From: Cyanophyceae cyanobacterium
Lineage (GTDB): Bacteria; Cyanobacteriota; Cyanobacteriia; Cyanobacteriales; Laspinemataceae
Direction of reading: 5' to 3'
Assembly: GCA_038321985.1 (NCBI GenBank)
Contig: JBBQFN010000006.1
Span: 157,332 to 221,331 of the forward strand
DNA: 64,000 bases
A model generated the notes under the pieces. That model was given only the letters and a program-made list of their open reading frames with translations, made no database searches and had not been told where the DNA came from. The first letter of the stretch is position 1. Each line of letters begins with the position of its first letter. Positions 1-9,030 of the stretch are shown piece by piece. Both the position numbers and the translations under genes were made by a program.

Positions 1-1130
1 ACATCAACCAAAATAATATTAATATTCGGGTCTTGGTCTAAATTTGCCATTGCCGCTGCCAACGCTGTATTATGAGCCGTTGAAAGTTGCGATAGCAGTT
101 GTTGCGCTTCGGGTCCGCGACTTCTTACCCCGGGAGTGGCACCTATGTCCGGCAGGTTCATCACCATAAAATTGCGAGCACCATCGGCGGCAAGTTTAGT
201 CACTGCACTCACTAAATTATTGACGGGGATATTTACATCGGTAATCCCGGCATTCAGATAATCATTAGAACCCGCCCAGATCGTGTATAATCCATTGGGA
301 TTAGACCCAGGCGTTTGGTCGATAAAACTATCAATTTGCGTCTGCAATCCGGGTAAAGCTGGGAACAGCGGATTTGCCAAATTCAAAGAATTTACATCAG
401 CACTCGTGGCACCCCCAAAGGCAATATTCGTCTGTGGGTTCACCTCTAATCCCAAACGAGACGGCAGACGTTCAGCCCAGATAGGTCCATTACTAAACCG
501 GCCATTGTCATAAAGCGGTTCCGGGGGGAATAGTCCCAGGGTTGAGGCAAACAAATTGCCATCATCGGAAAGACTATCTCCAAAATCATACACTTCATTA
601 AATAAGCGTCGAGGAATGCGACCTTCAAATTGACCAAAGTTCACAAAATGGGAGATTGCTGTCGTCTCTCCTCTGGAAACTACTGCTGACACGTCAGGGT
701 TTTGTTCTAAATAATAATTTGTATCAAAGAAGGCGATCGGGTTGCGACCTTCCTCCGCCCCGAATGAGATATAGTGCATGAACAAACCCGTAACTGGATC
801 TGGGCTTACCATTTCTACTACATCTGGATTCGTTTGGGCGTAAAAGTTGGGGTCAAAAAAAGGCACCGGAACCCGCCCTTCCTCTGCACCAAAATTAGTA
901 AAATGGTCAAAAGCACTAAAGGTAGGGGAAACCACATTAACCACATCAGGGTTTTGGGCTAGGTAGTAATCCGTCTGAAAAAAAGCACTGGGGTCGCGCT
1001 TTTCATGGTCTCCAAAGGTAAAAAAGTGCTGAGCACCACTACTAAATGTACCATTGGCAACAGCAGTGGCTACATCTGAATTTTTGGCTAAATAAAAACC
1101 TTCGTCAAAGAGAGTCGTTTCCGATAACAT
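1..1130 (-). CDS. SGNH/GDSL-family hydrolase with four N-terminal ~42-aa 'F-D-x-x-(F/Y)-Y-L-x-x-N-P-D-V' repeats (3' end outside window)
   Basis: Missing from the ORF track because it runs off the left edge. Manual translation from ATG 1130 gives MLSETTLFDEGFYLAKNSDVATAV..., then FGDSLSDDGN (block I), GRFSNGPIW, IAFGGATS (block II) and WAGSNDY (block III). Confidence 0.9.
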   Translation of the reverse strand, partial: MLSETTLFDEGFYLAKNSDVATAVANGTFSSGAQHFFTFGDHEKRDPSAFFQTDYYLAQNPDVVNVVSPTFSAFDHFTNFGAEEGRVPVPFFDPNFYAQTNPDVVEMVSPDPVTGLFMHYISFGAEEGRNPIAFFDTNYYLEQNPDVSAVVSRGETTAISHFVNFGQFEGRIPRRLFNEVYDFGDSLSDDGNLFASTLGLFPPEPLYDNGRFSNGPIWAERLPSRLGLEVNPQTNIAFGGATSADVNSLNLANPLFPALPGLQTQIDSFIDQTPGSNPNGLYTIWAGSNDYLNAGITDVNIPVNNLVSAVTKLAADGARNFMVMNLPDIGATPGVRSRGPEAQQLLSQLSTAHNTALAAAMANLDQDPNINIILVD

Positions 1131-1451
1131 ATTTTGCAAGTTTTGAGAGTGATAGGGTTATCGTAACCTAGAACTATGGGGTTTCTAAAAGGTGGTTTCC
1201 TTAGGCGCTTAAGGGTATAAGTCAGCCCGGTGGGTCAGCCATCCTTGCGGCTTGAACAATCGGGAAGAGTGTCGCACCTTTCTGCAAGAGGTCTAATGAA
1301 TTGAATTGATCCAACTATCTACTTAATTTCAGTTCTTGCAGGTAAAAAATCTGGGATGTTGGTATTCCCAGCTAGTTTCCCTTAATCTCTCCCGGTTGGA
1401 TCAGCTTTTTGAAACTTCCAACAATACAACATTTCAATTGATAAGGGAGAA

Positions 1452-1472
1452 GGACAAGGCATTGCCTTGTCC
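1452..1472. repeat. Short palindromic element or hairpin downstream of phoD
   Basis: GGACAAGGC-ATT-GCCTTGTCC; resembles the hairpin at 45226-45248. Confidence 0.6.
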
Positions 1473-1502
1473 CTAAGGGAAAAAAGGGACTGCCGTCCTA
1501 AT

Positions 1503-3968
1503 TTACAACTGAGAGGCTTGGCGATCGAGTCTCACTTGCAAACCGGACGCATCGGTACGGTAGACTAAGGTTCGATCGCCATTTTGTACGGTTACCTGCC
1601 AACCATTGACTAACGCTAAGAGGCAACTTTCATTGGCTTCACCTAAACCCAAACACCCATCACTCCAGGTTTCTTGTTTTGAAGAAACCACAGTAAAAGT
1701 GCCCGGTTGAATTCCGAAATCTCGCGAGATATTTTCTTCAATTGCCGTTGTAATCTGCGAGGGCAACATCTCCTCTTCCTGGTCAGGATTGACGGCAAAT
1801 TGCAGGCGAATGGTCGGAGTGCGATTGGCAACTTCTGCCGGATTTGCTTCCATATCCGCTTGGGTGTAAGGATCGACGCCGAAGGTAGTCACGGTAAGTT
1901 GTTGCGTTACAGGATCGATCGCAAATTCGGTCCAGCCATAATTATGACCGGAAAAATACGACCCTTGCAGCAATTGAGCATCAATTTCTGACCCTTCTAA
2001 TCCCACTGGGTCATATCCTAAAGGTATGATCCGATTATCAATCACTTGACGCACAAAAGCATTCTTTTCGGCTTCATTGGTCATCGCCCGATAGCGGTCT
2101 TTTTCCGCAGGAGATAACAGGGCATCTGGGGTAAACGCTACGGTTGCAGGTCCAAATGGTGCGGCAAATGGTCCTTGCCCGATATTCAACTGAATCGCCG
2201 CTGGACCAATCATCACATCAAATGCACCCGTTGGTTTTTGCGGTTGGCCTAATGCATCTTGATACGTTACGTTGTTGACGACATTGCCATGAAAGTCTCC
2301 GGTGACGAAAACAACGTTACTAATATCGTTTTCATCAATAAACCGCAATAACTCTGTTCGTTCTGCCTCGAATCCTTCCCAACGTTCCCCAGAAACGGCT
2401 ATTCCAAAGTGCTGCATTGGCACTGTAGACATGACAAACTTCCAAGTGATGCCTGCATTTTCAGCGGCCAATAAGTCATTTTTAAACTCCTGTAATTGAG
2501 CTTGACCTAAGATGGTGCGATTGGGTTCAAAGGAGTCTTGGAGATACGCGTTCACTTCTGCTGGGGAAGACGTTTCGGGGAGAAAGCGCAGGGGTTTATC
2601 TCGGAACGATCGCAGGTCTAAAACAAAAGTAGCGGCATCGTTTCCGTGGACGTTGGACCGATAGAGTTTCTGCTTGTTAGCCGTCCTGGGGTCGCCGGTT
2701 TCGCCGTAAACTTCTTCGGCGATCGGCTTGTAATCTAGGAACGCTCGCAATCCCTCATTAAATACCGGGGTTTCGTTGACAAACCGGCCTTCAGTGCCAA
2801 AAATGCCATTGCGTTGGGGTGATTCTGCCGGGGCCGCACCTCCGGCGAAGTCATTGGTGATTTCGTGGTCGTCCCAAGTGTTATAGGTGGCGGTAGAGGC
2901 GCGTAAATCGGCCCAGGTATTGCGTCCGAACCGTTCGCTATAAATTTCGTTATGCTTAGTGCGAAACTGGTCTAGGTTGGCCGATTGGCGCACACCGGGG
3001 AGATCCGGAGATATACTATCCGTTTCGACCGTATCCCCCAGGAGTACGAAAAAGTCGAGGTTGCGATCGCTCACGTTGCTGATCGAAGGATAGGGGGCGA
3101 GTTCTCCCTGCCAGTCTCCGGTTACCCCAAACCTCAATCCTGCTTGAGTTCCCAAGGGGGCTGGAGTCCGAAACTGCCCGACTTCCGACGTGCCTGCGGC
3201 ATCGGTGACGCGATAGTAATATTGAGTCTGTGGGATTAATTCACTCACGGGTACCTGGACGGGTACCGTGGGGTCGGTGACAAAGTTGGTGGTTTGTCCG
3301 GCAATCGAACCAAAGTTAGGATCAGTGGAATACTCAAAAATAACCGGGCCAATTTCAGTGCTCCGGGTCCATAAGACGGCGCTATTTTGGGTCACATCCC
3401 CGGCAGCGATGCCATTGGGTAGGGTGGTATTTCCCCCCATAAACGGGGTAAACTCCCGGCCTTCGATGATTCCAAAGTTGAGATAGTGTCCGATTCCGGT
3501 AATTTCATCCCGTTCTACGGCTGCGGCTACGTCTGCATTTTTAGATAAATAATAGGCGGGATTATATAAGTTGCTAGGGATGCGTTCCTCGGCTTGTCCG
3601 AATATCTGAAAGTGTTGAATGCCGGTGAGGGAGGTTTCGTTAACCGCAGCTTGTACGTCAGGGTTACGAGCTAAATACAATTGATCATTATACAAAAAGC
3701 TGGGGTTGCGGCCTTCATTTTGCCCAAAGGCAATGTAGTGTTGAAAGGCGGTGAGTTGATTGGCTGATACTGCGGCGGCTACATCGGGATTTAAGGTGAG
3801 GTAGTAACGGACATCGAAGAGGGCGGTGGGATTGCGTCCTTCATTTTGCCCGAAGGTTTCAAAGTGAGAGAAGCCATTGGTAAAATTTCCAGCAGCGACG
3901 GCATCAGCGACGTCGGGGTTACGGGCTAGATAATAGGTTTCGTTATATAAATCTTGGGCATTCAACAT
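1503..3968 (-). CDS. phoD: PhoD-family alkaline phosphatase/phosphodiesterase with N-terminal NPDV repeats and a C-terminal two-Cys domain
   Basis: GIAAGDVTQNSAVLWTR (PhoD N-domain), WDDHEITND, LDLRSFRD, ERWEGF, VTGDFHG. C-terminal WSDGCLGL...SCLLALVNGWQV. Confidence 0.88.
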   Translation of the reverse strand: MLNAQDLYNETYYLARNPDVADAVAAGNFTNGFSHFETFGQNEGRNPTALFDVRYYLTLNPDVAAAVSANQLTAFQHYIAFGQNEGRNPSFLYNDQLYLARNPDVQAAVNETSLTGIQHFQIFGQAEERIPSNLYNPAYYLSKNADVAAAVERDEITGIGHYLNFGIIEGREFTPFMGGNTTLPNGIAAGDVTQNSAVLWTRSTEIGPVIFEYSTDPNFGSIAGQTTNFVTDPTVPVQVPVSELIPQTQYYYRVTDAAGTSEVGQFRTPAPLGTQAGLRFGVTGDWQGELAPYPSISNVSDRNLDFFVLLGDTVETDSISPDLPGVRQSANLDQFRTKHNEIYSERFGRNTWADLRASTATYNTWDDHEITNDFAGGAAPAESPQRNGIFGTEGRFVNETPVFNEGLRAFLDYKPIAEEVYGETGDPRTANKQKLYRSNVHGNDAATFVLDLRSFRDKPLRFLPETSSPAEVNAYLQDSFEPNRTILGQAQLQEFKNDLLAAENAGITWKFVMSTVPMQHFGIAVSGERWEGFEAERTELLRFIDENDISNVVFVTGDFHGNVVNNVTYQDALGQPQKPTGAFDVMIGPAAIQLNIGQGPFAAPFGPATVAFTPDALLSPAEKDRYRAMTNEAEKNAFVRQVIDNRIIPLGYDPVGLEGSEIDAQLLQGSYFSGHNYGWTEFAIDPVTQQLTVTTFGVDPYTQADMEANPAEVANRTPTIRLQFAVNPDQEEEMLPSQITTAIEENISRDFGIQPGTFTVVSSKQETWSDGCLGLGEANESCLLALVNGWQVTVQNGDRTLVYRTDASGLQVRLDRQASQL

Positions 3969-4256
3969 AAGGATTAGCAGGTCCAGTAAGTGGTTTCAAT
4001 GGGTTCGATAAGGTATTATAACATAGGAGGGAGCAAACAGATTGGGAAATAATCATGATTTTTTTTTAATGCTTGATGAAGGGATTTATCTATTTTAGTA
4101 ATCTCTTTGGGGCGAATAGTCTCGGCCTTGGGGGCCGAAACTTTTTCTGGATTGATCTATTATACATTAGGCTAGTGAATGGATGGGAAATAAATGAATA
4201 GCTGACTTGAGAGATTAAAAAACGTTATAGTATGAAATTCTGAATGAAAAGATGAT

Positions 4257-5243
4257 ATGAAGCGCCTGCGATCGCAGCTAAAGCCTTATTTACGATGGGT
4301 CATTCTCGGGGCTACCCTATTTTTTCTGATCAAAACACTCAAGGATAATGCGGGTGCGGTTGCTGATATCCAGATTACAGGGTCCAGTTGGACTGTGGTG
4401 GCGATCGCCCTAGGGGTGACTTTTGTGGCTCATTTGTGGTCCGCTTGGGTGTGGCTGTGGATCTTCCAGGAGTTTGATCGCTTAGTTCCCTTGGGTTGGG
4501 GTTTGTCAGTCTATCTCACCACCAACATTGCGAAATATTTACCCGGAAATGTCTGGCATTTCTACGGTCGAATTTCCGCTGTAACCAAGATAGGCGTACC
4601 TCTTTCTATTGCTACATTAACGGTGCTGTTGGAACCCCTGTTGATGGCAGCTTCAGCCTTAATTATCGCGGGATTGGGCAGTGGCACTCTTTGGGAGACT
4701 GCCCCTGGCGGTGTTACCCCAATTTTGCAGGGGTTGGGATTAGCAGTGGTCCTCGTGGGCGTCCATCCCCGGATTTTAAACCCCGTGATTCAAGTTATCA
4801 GTAAAATAAAGCTCAAAAAATCTCCCCCGAAAACTCAGGGGGGTTTGGATTCAGAGTTACCCCCGGAATCTCCCCCACCCAAAGCGGCGCAGCTTACACG
4901 TTACCCCCTGTTACCCTTGTTAGGAGAATTGGGATTTTTACTCTTGCGCGGCGCGGGATTTATCTTAACAGTGCAAGCAATGACGACGGTACAGCCGGAC
5001 CAATTACCCGCCCTGATGGGGGCCTTTAGTTTTGCCTGGTTGTTGGGGTTGGTGGTTCCTGGAGCACCTGGGGGCATTGGGATTTTTGAAGCGACGGCGA
5101 TCGCCCTTTTGGATCAGCAATTTTCGGCAGCAGCAATTTTAGGTGCCGTTGCCTTCTATCGCCTAATTAGCGTGGTTGCAGAAGCGTCGGCAGCTGCGAT
5201 CGCTGCCTTGATTGGTAAGGGCCAGTCTATACGCCATGGGTAA
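4257..5243 (+). CDS. Lysylphosphatidylglycerol synthase TM-domain / flippase-like (UPF0104) membrane protein
   Basis: Multiple TM helices; AKYLPGNVW and PGAPGGIGIFEA motifs, plus FYRLIS near the C-terminus. Confidence 0.8.
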   Translation: MKRLRSQLKPYLRWVILGATLFFLIKTLKDNAGAVADIQITGSSWTVVAIALGVTFVAHLWSAWVWLWIFQEFDRLVPLGWGLSVYLTTNIAKYLPGNVWHFYGRISAVTKIGVPLSIATLTVLLEPLLMAASALIIAGLGSGTLWETAPGGVTPILQGLGLAVVLVGVHPRILNPVIQVISKIKLKKSPPKTQGGLDSELPPESPPPKAAQLTRYPLLPLLGELGFLLLRGAGFILTVQAMTTVQPDQLPALMGAFSFAWLLGLVVPGAPGGIGIFEATAIALLDQQFSAAAILGAVAFYRLISVVAEASAAAIAALIGKGQSIRHG

Positions 5244-5346
5244 CCCCAAGTTTCGAGTCATTCTTTCCCCAATCGGAATAAAATAAGAGAAAGTGCGGGT
5301 CCCTAGGGTACTCCCAACCCCCTCGTTCACCTAACCGGAGGTTTTA

Positions 5347-5559
5347 ATGTCTGAATATCGTAAAGTAGAATATCGAATTGGCAAGGACGGTAAAATTATT
5401 GAAACAGTCCTCAATGGCAACGGACAAAACTGTACCGAAACCACCGCCGAAATTGAGAAAGCCCTGGGAAAGGTAGAATCTCAAGAAATGTTGCCGGAGT
5501 ATTACGAAGATGATGAAAATGTGGTCACGGAATCCAATTCTTCAATTCAGCCCTTTTAG
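5347..5559 (+). CDS. DUF2997 family protein
   Basis: 70 aa: I-G-K-D-G-K-I...G-x-x-C-T-E-T-T-x-x-I-E-K-A-L-G-x-V...P-E-Y-Y pattern; GGAGG RBS upstream. Confidence 0.8.
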   Translation: MSEYRKVEYRIGKDGKIIETVLNGNGQNCTETTAEIEKALGKVESQEMLPEYYEDDENVVTESNSSIQPF

Positions 5560-5674
5560 GGGAAATTCAGATTAGGAATCAACCTTATTAAGAAAATTTA
5601 TTTGGGTAAAGAGTTGGGCTATTTTAACCTTAATTTTATAGTGTTTAGGGTCTGGGGAGAGAGAAAATTAAGCC

Positions 5675-6346
5675 GTGAAACATGATTCAATTCTAGGCGA
5701 TCGCCTCAAGGAAGTCGGAATTTTTCACTGGAAAGGGTTAGCACAAAAAACGGGTTTATCCACCCTACGCCTGCGCCAGATTCGATCTGGTGCGATCGCT
5801 GAAATTAAATGGGGGGAACTGAGTAAACTTGCGCAGGCGTTGAATTGGTCTATGGTGGAATTACAGCAAAAATTAGAATTGTTACCCCACTCCCCCGAAA
5901 ATGCTCCCCCCCTAGCCCACACTTCTAACGGATTAGAAGTAGAATTACGGCAACAATGTCAGCGATTGCGGGGGGAATTGGATCAGCAAAAATTGCTACT
6001 TTCTGAAGCATTTCGGCAATCCACTTTTGAGCAATTGCAAACCTTACTCACGAACTATCCGACTGCGGCAGAAATGGCTCATTACAAACCCGATTTACCG
6101 GCCAAAAATATTACGGCTTTGTTTACGCCTCTGAATAATTTACTAGAAAATTGGGGTTATGAACCGATTGGAAGCCCTTGGCAAGCTGTTCTCTACAACC
6201 CGCAATTCCATCAGGCTGACTCCGATGATATTCAACCGGGAGACGCAGTTTATATTAGATTTGTCGGATATCGCGAAGACAGTCTCATTCTTTGTCCTGC
6301 CAAAGTTAGCCGGACCCTTCCTCAGGGCATTAAACCCTCCTTTTAA
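5675..6346 (+). CDS. XRE-type HTH fused to a coiled coil and a GrpE-like C-terminal domain
   Basis: N-terminal LAQKTGLSTLRLRQIRSG HTH. C-terminal YNPQFHQA...PGDAVYIRFVGYRE...ILCPAKV resembles the GrpE beta domain. Confidence 0.7.
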   Translation: MKHDSILGDRLKEVGIFHWKGLAQKTGLSTLRLRQIRSGAIAEIKWGELSKLAQALNWSMVELQQKLELLPHSPENAPPLAHTSNGLEVELRQQCQRLRGELDQQKLLLSEAFRQSTFEQLQTLLTNYPTAAEMAHYKPDLPAKNITALFTPLNNLLENWGYEPIGSPWQAVLYNPQFHQADSDDIQPGDAVYIRFVGYREDSLILCPAKVSRTLPQGIKPSF

Positions 6347-6402
6347 TCGTATCAAATCCCCAATTTCCCTTTTCCGAGGCTGTATCCCTGCCCTCTAAAA
6401 TT

Positions 6403-7980
6403 ATGACTGTAGTCTCAATTGATTTTGGCACCAGTAACACGGTCATCAGTATTCTCAACCCAGACAATCACTCCCCGGAAACTCTGCGATTTGGGGAAGT
6501 TTCTAAAATTTTTAAAGCCAAAAGAAATAACGGAGAAAATATAGAAGTTCCGGTTATCCCCACGGTAGTTTTTATTAAAAAAGAGAACCAAATAGTTTTA
6601 GGACAGCAGGTGATTGCCACCCGATTAGGACTCTCGCAACCTGAACGGTTGTTTCAGGGGTTTAAACGGGAATTAGCCGCCGACTTTCAACCGCCCCCTC
6701 GATTAATAGATGGATGTAGCTACTCAGCTTCGACGATTTCAGAATTCTTTTTAAAAGAAATTTGCGAACGTCTTGTTAGGGGAGGAATTCAACCGAATAA
6801 ACTGATATTTACGGTACCCGTGGGGGCATTTGAGCGATATTTAGATTGGTTTCGACAACTAGGCGATCGCCTGGGAATTCCTGATATCAATATTATCGAT
6901 GAGTCTACCGCTGCCGCACTGGGTTATGCTGTAAAAAAACCCGGTTCCCTGGTATTAGTGGTGGATTTTGGCGGAGGAACCCTGGATTTAAGCCTAATTC
7001 GTACCAAGGCGGCACAGCAGGGAAAGTTAGTGTTAGAGGCGGAGGTATTAGCCAAAACTGATGCCTATATTGGTGGCATTGATATTGATACTTGGATTGT
7101 GGAAGATTATTTACAACGTCAAGGACTATCCAAACCCCAAATCGGCGCAATTGCTTGGCAAAATTTATTAGAAATTGCGGAAAAATTGAAAATGTGCCTC
7201 TCTCGGGCAAACGAGGCAAAAGAGGCGTGGTTTGATGATGAAAACTTTATTTCTTATGAAGTAGAATTAAGCCGAGAACGGTTTGAAGCGTTGTTAGACT
7301 ATCGTCAAATGTTAGAACAGTTGCGCAGCACATTGGATGAAATCTTGGCAATTGCCTTTTCTAAAGGAGTTAATAAATCAGATATTGAACAGGTTCTTTT
7401 AGTGGGAGGGAGTTGTTTAATTCCAGCGGTTCAGACGGTGATTGTCTCTTATTTTGGGCGATCGCGGGTGAAAATGGATAAACCCTTTGAAGCAGTCGCT
7501 CATGGTGCGTTAGCCTTAAGTGATTATATAATGGTGGAGGATTATCTGCGCCATGGTTATGCGATTCGTCTGTGGGACCCCCATGGCAAAACCTACTCTT
7601 ATTTCCCCTTATTTGAAAAAGGGGTAAAATATCCCTGCCAACGATTAGAACCGTTGATGTTGCAAGCGGCGATCGAAGGACAACAAGAAATTCGCTTAGA
7701 TATTGGTGAAGTCGCAGAAACTTCTCAAGCCGAGGTTATGTTTGATGAATCGGGACGAATGGTGGGCGGTGCATTACATAAACGAGAAGAATATCGATCC
7801 CTAGATATTGATCGCGATCGCGTCTGCGTGGCGCATCTAAATCCCCCCGGACAAATTGGTATTGATCGCATTTCCGTGCGTTTTGAAGTCAACCAAGGGC
7901 GGGTTTTACTCGCCACAGTCCGAGATTTAGTAACGGGAGAAACCCTAGTAGACGGCGAAGCGATCGCTAATTTAAAATAA
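6403..7980 (+). CDS. Atypical Hsp70-family protein
   Basis: IDFGTSNT, DESTAAALGY, VVDFGGGTLD, GGIDID, LVGGSCLIP. 525 aa with a short divergent C-terminus and no DnaK lid. Confidence 0.9.
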   Translation: MTVVSIDFGTSNTVISILNPDNHSPETLRFGEVSKIFKAKRNNGENIEVPVIPTVVFIKKENQIVLGQQVIATRLGLSQPERLFQGFKRELAADFQPPPRLIDGCSYSASTISEFFLKEICERLVRGGIQPNKLIFTVPVGAFERYLDWFRQLGDRLGIPDINIIDESTAAALGYAVKKPGSLVLVVDFGGGTLDLSLIRTKAAQQGKLVLEAEVLAKTDAYIGGIDIDTWIVEDYLQRQGLSKPQIGAIAWQNLLEIAEKLKMCLSRANEAKEAWFDDENFISYEVELSRERFEALLDYRQMLEQLRSTLDEILAIAFSKGVNKSDIEQVLLVGGSCLIPAVQTVIVSYFGRSRVKMDKPFEAVAHGALALSDYIMVEDYLRHGYAIRLWDPHGKTYSYFPLFEKGVKYPCQRLEPLMLQAAIEGQQEIRLDIGEVAETSQAEVMFDESGRMVGGALHKREEYRSLDIDRDRVCVAHLNPPGQIGIDRISVRFEVNQGRVLLATVRDLVTGETLVDGEAIANLK

Positions 7981-8050
7981 GCGATCGCACCCCTCTACTG
8001 TTCCCCCTCTTCCTTGTCCCAACTTGCTGTCATTCTCCCCATCCCTTCCT

Positions 8051-8458
8051 CTATACCCACTGACCAATAATAATCCGAATTGTCCCATCTGCTAAAACTT
8101 CCTCCTCCTCCACCGTAAACCCTTGTTGAGGGGCAGTCTCTACCAGAGTATGATAAGCGTAACGCTGAGTTAATTGCTTAATCCAGTCCTCAGAATACTG
8201 ACGAGAATCATAATTAGAAATAACCCCAGTATAGCTGCCATCAGCTTGTCGTTTAAATCCGATATCATTACTTCGAGGGCTGATATATTTGCGTCGGATA
8301 ATGATCTCAGCAGTTTCCGGTCGAACATCGCCCTCAAATCCGTAAAGTTCAGTCGCAAAATCATGAATTTCTACCCTATCAAACCCCATGTCTGCTAATG
8401 CTTTGACTAAGTAATCTATCTGGCGAATTTCCGTCTGAATACTCGTGAAATGGGACAT
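8051..8458 (-). CDS. DUF1257 family protein (long subtype)
   Basis: MSHFTSIQT N-terminus, NDIGF, LTQRYAY, QGFTVEEEEVLADGTIRIIIGQW; GAGGAGG RBS. Confidence 0.85.
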   Translation of the reverse strand: MSHFTSIQTEIRQIDYLVKALADMGFDRVEIHDFATELYGFEGDVRPETAEIIIRRKYISPRSNDIGFKRQADGSYTGVISNYDSRQYSEDWIKQLTQRYAYHTLVETAPQQGFTVEEEEVLADGTIRIIIGQWV

Positions 8459-8610
8459 TTTTATTTACCTCCTCATTCGCGCTGCTATTGGGGTTTTCAA
8501 ACTGACCAGAGTAGGATTTTTAGAATGAGTTTTATCCAATTTTACGGGGGAACTCCGTCCTAACCCTCCCCCAGAATCAGGAGAGGGCCCGGAACGCCGT
8601 TATCGTCCCT

Positions 8611-8985
8611 CTACATCCATTTTCCTACAACCACCCGCAAGGTTCCATCCTCTAATCTTTCCTCTTGTTCTACTTGAAACCCCTGTTCTTCTACCGATAC
8701 CATCAAAGTTTTATACGCATATTTTTGAGTAATACTCTGAATAAACTCTTCCGGATTAATTCGCGCCCCCCAAAAATCAGCCACTAACTCAAAAGTGTCT
8801 CCAGTGCGCCGAAACCCTAAATCATACCCGTTGTTTTGTCGAATCACGTAATCCGCACAAGTAGTTTGCTTTTGATAACCTCGAATTGCTGTATTTTCTT
8901 CAACCTGATACCCTAACTCTCGCAAGCAACGATAGAGGGTTTGGCCGTTTTTAATTTGAACTTGAATCGTGGTAAAATGAGACAT
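8611..8985 (-). CDS. DUF1257 / Ycf35-like protein
   Basis: MSHFTTIQVQIK, YDLGF, ELVADFWG, ITQKYAY, DGTLRVVVGKW. Confidence 0.88.
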   Translation of the reverse strand: MSHFTTIQVQIKNGQTLYRCLRELGYQVEENTAIRGYQKQTTCADYVIRQNNGYDLGFRRTGDTFELVADFWGARINPEEFIQSITQKYAYKTLMVSVEEQGFQVEQEERLEDGTLRVVVGKWM

Positions 8986-9030
8986 GATCGTTACTCCTGG
9001 ATTACAAGACTATTTTGAACAGTTATTGCG

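Noticed and set aside
3969..4256. Pho box upstream of phoD
   Set aside because: No tandem PyTTAAPyPy-type repeats at 11-bp spacing were visible.
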